Below, piece by piece: positions 61,200 to 64,000 of a stretch of DNA of 64,000 bases. Origin of the DNA: a virus. Position numbers and translations under genes: made by a program. Position 1 is the first letter of the stretch; each line of letters starts with the position of its first letter. Location: IMG/VR virus record IMGVR_UViG_3300045988_139474, positions 64,001 to 128,000 of that record; one strand, 5' to 3'. The notes below the pieces were generated by a model. It was not told where the DNA came from. It was given only the letters and a program-made list of their open reading frames with translations, and did not search any database.

Positions 61200-61358
61200 A
61201 TGGAACCAACATTCATCGTTACTGGAAATGATATCCCTCCGTCAGAGGCCGTTGAGGGCAGCATTTTCCAAGAAGCTTCAACAGGCAATTTGTTCCGTTA
61301 TCAAGACGGCCAATGGGTTGCTATCGTCAGCGAGCCGAAAGAAGAGGCTAAAGAATGA
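61200..61358 (+). CDS. small hypothetical protein (52 aa)
   Basis: Hand-translated as MEPTFIVTGNDIPPSEAVEGSIFQEASTGNLFRYQDGQWVAIVSEPKEEAKE. Its stop overlaps the next start (ATGA). Confidence 0.4.
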   Translation: MEPTFIVTGNDIPPSEAVEGSIFQEASTGNLFRYQDGQWVAIVSEPKEEAKE

Positions 61359-61882
61359 GTACAGTTTCTGAACGCCAAGCTGCGTTATTTACAATCACGG
61401 ACTCAGGGCATATTGCTATCGCCAAGAAGATGATGGAAAGCGACTTGTTCTTGGCTTGGGGTACATTACCCGACAATCATCCAGAGAAAGCCAGCCGTGA
61501 TAATTCAGCACCTTTCCCTAACCGTTTTGAGGCTGACCTGATTAAAGAGGTAGGCAGACGCAAGATTGTGCAGAAAGCCTATCTTGAGCAGTACAATGAT
61601 GGCCCAATCGTAACGCCAATTGCTAACTATCGCAAGACAACTACTCCGACCCGCACCCTGATGTTGAGTGTGACTAATGAAGTTACAGACGCACCTAATG
61701 CTAAAATCTACCAATTGGGTGTATATGCGGACACGGTAGCGAAGCCAGCTGCTCAAGGTAAGAATTGGCTGTTGCCTGAAGAGATAGCAGACAAGGGCTA
61801 TTTGGTAGTCATGGCCAACATTCTACCGATACAACGCAATAATGCAACTGTTGAATCCCGACAGTTCATAATCAATTTCTGA
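61355..61882 (+). CDS. hypothetical tail/fibre-associated protein
   Basis: 175-aa ORF. Confidence 0.55.
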   Translation: MSTVSERQAALFTITDSGHIAIAKKMMESDLFLAWGTLPDNHPEKASRDNSAPFPNRFEADLIKEVGRRKIVQKAYLEQYNDGPIVTPIANYRKTTTPTRTLMLSVTNEVTDAPNAKIYQLGVYADTVAKPAAQGKNWLLPEEIADKGYLVVMANILPIQRNNATVESRQFIINF

Positions 61883-61889
61883 GGTATTT

Positions 61890-64000
61890 ATGATTCAAAA
61901 TCCACACCCAGATTACCGCAACAATTTTGATGAGAACAAGCAATATTCCGCTATCTCTTTCTTAGCTGGTGCGCCGTTGCAAGCCAGCGAGTTGAACGAA
62001 TTGCAAGACATTCAAGCGACTAAGACCGAAAAGCTGGCTGATTATCTGGTTTCATCTGGTACTATCCTGTCGGGCGGTGAGGTTAAATCCCTGTCTGCTT
62101 CTCAAGTTGAGATGGCGGGCGGTACAGTGTCTTGTCAAGGTAAGCTCGTGTTAGTGCAGGGTGCTGTACTCAGCCTTGACCTAGCTGCTGAAAACACCGT
62201 AGGCGTGCGCCTCGTTGAAGAAATAGTTACAGCGCAAACTGACCCAAGCATTGCTGAGTTAGACCCTAAATCGCCACACTATGGCGAAGAGACAGCTCAC
62301 CGAGTTAAGACTACAGGTGTTTGGGTTGTATCTGAAAAGACCAACCTGAACGGTGATTTGTTCTTTCCTGTCTTGACTATTCAAAACGGTAACATCACTG
62401 GCTACATCAGCAATACCAAAGTCCAAGACTATGTATCTTCATCAATCAGTATCTATGATAAAGGCGTTCACGGCTCGTATGTCGTTGACGGCTTAGTCAT
62501 CACCAACGTGCGAGACGATACCCGAAACCGTAAACATGTCTTGGCTGCTTCCTCTGGTACTGCCCGCATTCAAGGTATTGAGGTCAAGAAAGGTACAGAG
62601 ACCGTCTTTTATGTTGATACAGCAGAAGCCGATGACCGACAAGTCAACTCTGAGCCTGTAACTTTCAGACGTGGCCAACTGCTTTACGGCCTTCGCAATA
62701 ATCCGTTGAAAGCTATCACTAAAGTAACAGGCACTAAACGGATAACACGCACGATTAATAGGGGCGGTTCAGCTGGCGGTGCAGACGCATTGCCTGATAC
62801 TCCTGTATTGCGTATTACACAAGTGACTCAAGGCGGTACAACCTACTCAGCTGGTAAAGACTTCACCCAGACTGGTGACCGTATCTCATGGGCACCAAAC
62901 GGTACAGAGCCTAGCCCAGGCAGCCAATACGTTGTTGAGTATGAATATGTTGCTACATTCAACGGCTCAGTCGTTAATGGTCGTCTGAATTTAAGCGCAA
63001 CTGACGCTAACGCTTTGGTTGACCAATCGACACTGTCTGTATGGTACACATTCTACTTGAACCGTATCGACCGCGTTGTGATGTCCAATATCACTCGTGA
63101 AATCAAAGTCTTGAAAGGCGTGCCGAATATTCCGACCGCTGTATTGCCTCCAGCAGCTGCCTCAGATAGCGAGATTTCACTTGCTACAATCACTGTAAGC
63201 TATGGTGTTGCGCCTGTAATTGATATGGACTCAACCGTTCATATGATTCCTTTCTCGACACTGAAAAAGATGAACAGCCAGATTGCCGATTTGCAATTCA
63301 ACGTTGCTCAACTGAGCTTGATTGAAGAGGCTCGTGCATTAGACCCTGTTACAACCAAGAAAGGCGTGATTGTTGACTCCCTGAGCAATGAGAACATGCG
63401 TGATAAGGGTATCCAACAAAATGCCTTGATTCAAGACAAGACCCTGACTATTGGTACACGTATAGCAGGTCAAGTTACCCTGACGCGCGGAAACATTACA
63501 TTGGACGGCCTAAGCTATCCTGTAATCCGCAAACAAGAAGTGCAGACTGGTTCTCAACGAATCAACCCGTATGCCCGACCAGGCAGTTTGCCTAAGGCTA
63601 ATGGCGCAGCAACTCCAAGTATCATCTATGGTAACGCTTGGGATGCTGGCTATGACTTGGAAGTCTTGCCTCGTTCAGTTGCTGTTGTAGTTGACCTGTC
63701 AGGCTACGAAGCCTCAGAAGAAGTTGTCTTGGTGTTGCGTGGCGAGCAAGTAGGCCGAGTTCAGACTTCAGGTGCTGGCGCAGCTTCAACTACAATCAAT
63801 ATTCCGAAAGGTTTGCAATACGGTACATACACGATTGAGGCAACTGGTACTCGCTCCAAAGCGATTGCTATTGTTCCTGTATCTATCAGCCGCAACGACC
63901 AAAGCTACAACCAGTTCCTGCTGAATCAGCTTGACCAGAAACAGACCGCCTTGCTTGAGCAACAGGCTAAGGACTTCCAATCCCAAATCGACCGATTGCG
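61890..64000 (+). CDS. large distal tail/fibre-like structural protein; C-terminal part runs off the right edge
   Basis: Absent from the track because there is no in-window stop. ATG at 61890 gives MIQNPHPDYRNNFDENKQYSAISFLAGAPLQASELNELQDIQ... The frame was checked as still open at 63960 (QQAKDFQSQIDRL). The N-terminus resembles what I recall of DUF4815-type phage proteins. Confidence 0.6.
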   Translation, partial: MIQNPHPDYRNNFDENKQYSAISFLAGAPLQASELNELQDIQATKTEKLADYLVSSGTILSGGEVKSLSASQVEMAGGTVSCQGKLVLVQGAVLSLDLAAENTVGVRLVEEIVTAQTDPSIAELDPKSPHYGEETAHRVKTTGVWVVSEKTNLNGDLFFPVLTIQNGNITGYISNTKVQDYVSSSISIYDKGVHGSYVVDGLVITNVRDDTRNRKHVLAASSGTARIQGIEVKKGTETVFYVDTAEADDRQVNSEPVTFRRGQLLYGLRNNPLKAITKVTGTKRITRTINRGGSAGGADALPDTPVLRITQVTQGGTTYSAGKDFTQTGDRISWAPNGTEPSPGSQYVVEYEYVATFNGSVVNGRLNLSATDANALVDQSTLSVWYTFYLNRIDRVVMSNITREIKVLKGVPNIPTAVLPPAAASDSEISLATITVSYGVAPVIDMDSTVHMIPFSTLKKMNSQIADLQFNVAQLSLIEEARALDPVTTKKGVIVDSLSNENMRDKGIQQNALIQDKTLTIGTRIAGQVTLTRGNITLDGLSYPVIRKQEVQTGSQRINPYARPGSLPKANGAATPSIIYGNAWDAGYDLEVLPRSVAVVVDLSGYEASEEVVLVLRGEQVGRVQTSGAGAASTTINIPKGLQYGTYTIEATGTRSKAIAIVPVSISRNDQSYNQFLLNQLDQKQTALLEQQAKDFQSQIDRL

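Noticed and set aside
1-64000. tRNA/tmRNA genes, integrase/repressor (lysogeny) genes, lysis cassette.
   Set aside because: I could not recognise any cloverleaf-like sequence in the intergenic regions, nor any integrase, CI/Cro, holin or endolysin motifs in the translations. tRNAscan-SE/ARAGORN and profile searches would be needed to exclude them formally.

Overview
The window is a contiguous piece of a large tailed-phage (myovirus) genome with no lysogeny genes visible. Five perfect copies of the 12-mer AGGCCGTCTGAA, the AG-type Neisseria DNA uptake sequence, point to a Neisseriaceae host. There are two divergent arms. Positions 1-30080 are coded entirely on the minus strand and carry early and DNA-metabolism genes. 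These include an rIIA-like GHKL ATPase, class I RNR alpha carrying a 154-aa mini-intein plus RNR beta, and a two-subunit T4-type topoisomerase II. They also include a single-polypeptide Mre11-Rad50 fusion, a FEN/RNaseH-like nuclease, an SSB-like protein, an HU/TF1-like protein, RusA, DnaB-like and SF2 helicases, and a divergent family-A-like polymerase. This arm also holds a three-gene cluster that looks like a thymidine-hypermodification module (aGPT-Pplase-like, P-loop kinase, second Pplase-like). Many small paralogous early genes sit here too, including a DUF2829/Tad2-like gene and a five-gene tandem paralog array. Positions 31734-64000 are coded entirely on the plus strand and carry the structural genes: large terminase, portal, protease/scaffold, major capsid, a 1130-aa beta-helix protein, sheath, tube, tape measure with two muralytic domains, a Mu/P2-type baseplate, and the start of a fibre-like protein. 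The arms are separated by a 1.6-kb region with no ORF of 60 aa or more that is packed with degenerate repeats. The most unusual signal is a conserved non-coding element of about 145 nt present in six copies. Four copies lie in two tandem composite units at 30.8-31.5 kb and 34.5-35.1 kb, one is solo at 50.6 kb, and one is inverted at 58.5 kb. Each begins with an AT-rich TATATAAC-like box. All functional calls rest on motifs read by eye from the translations; no database search was possible.
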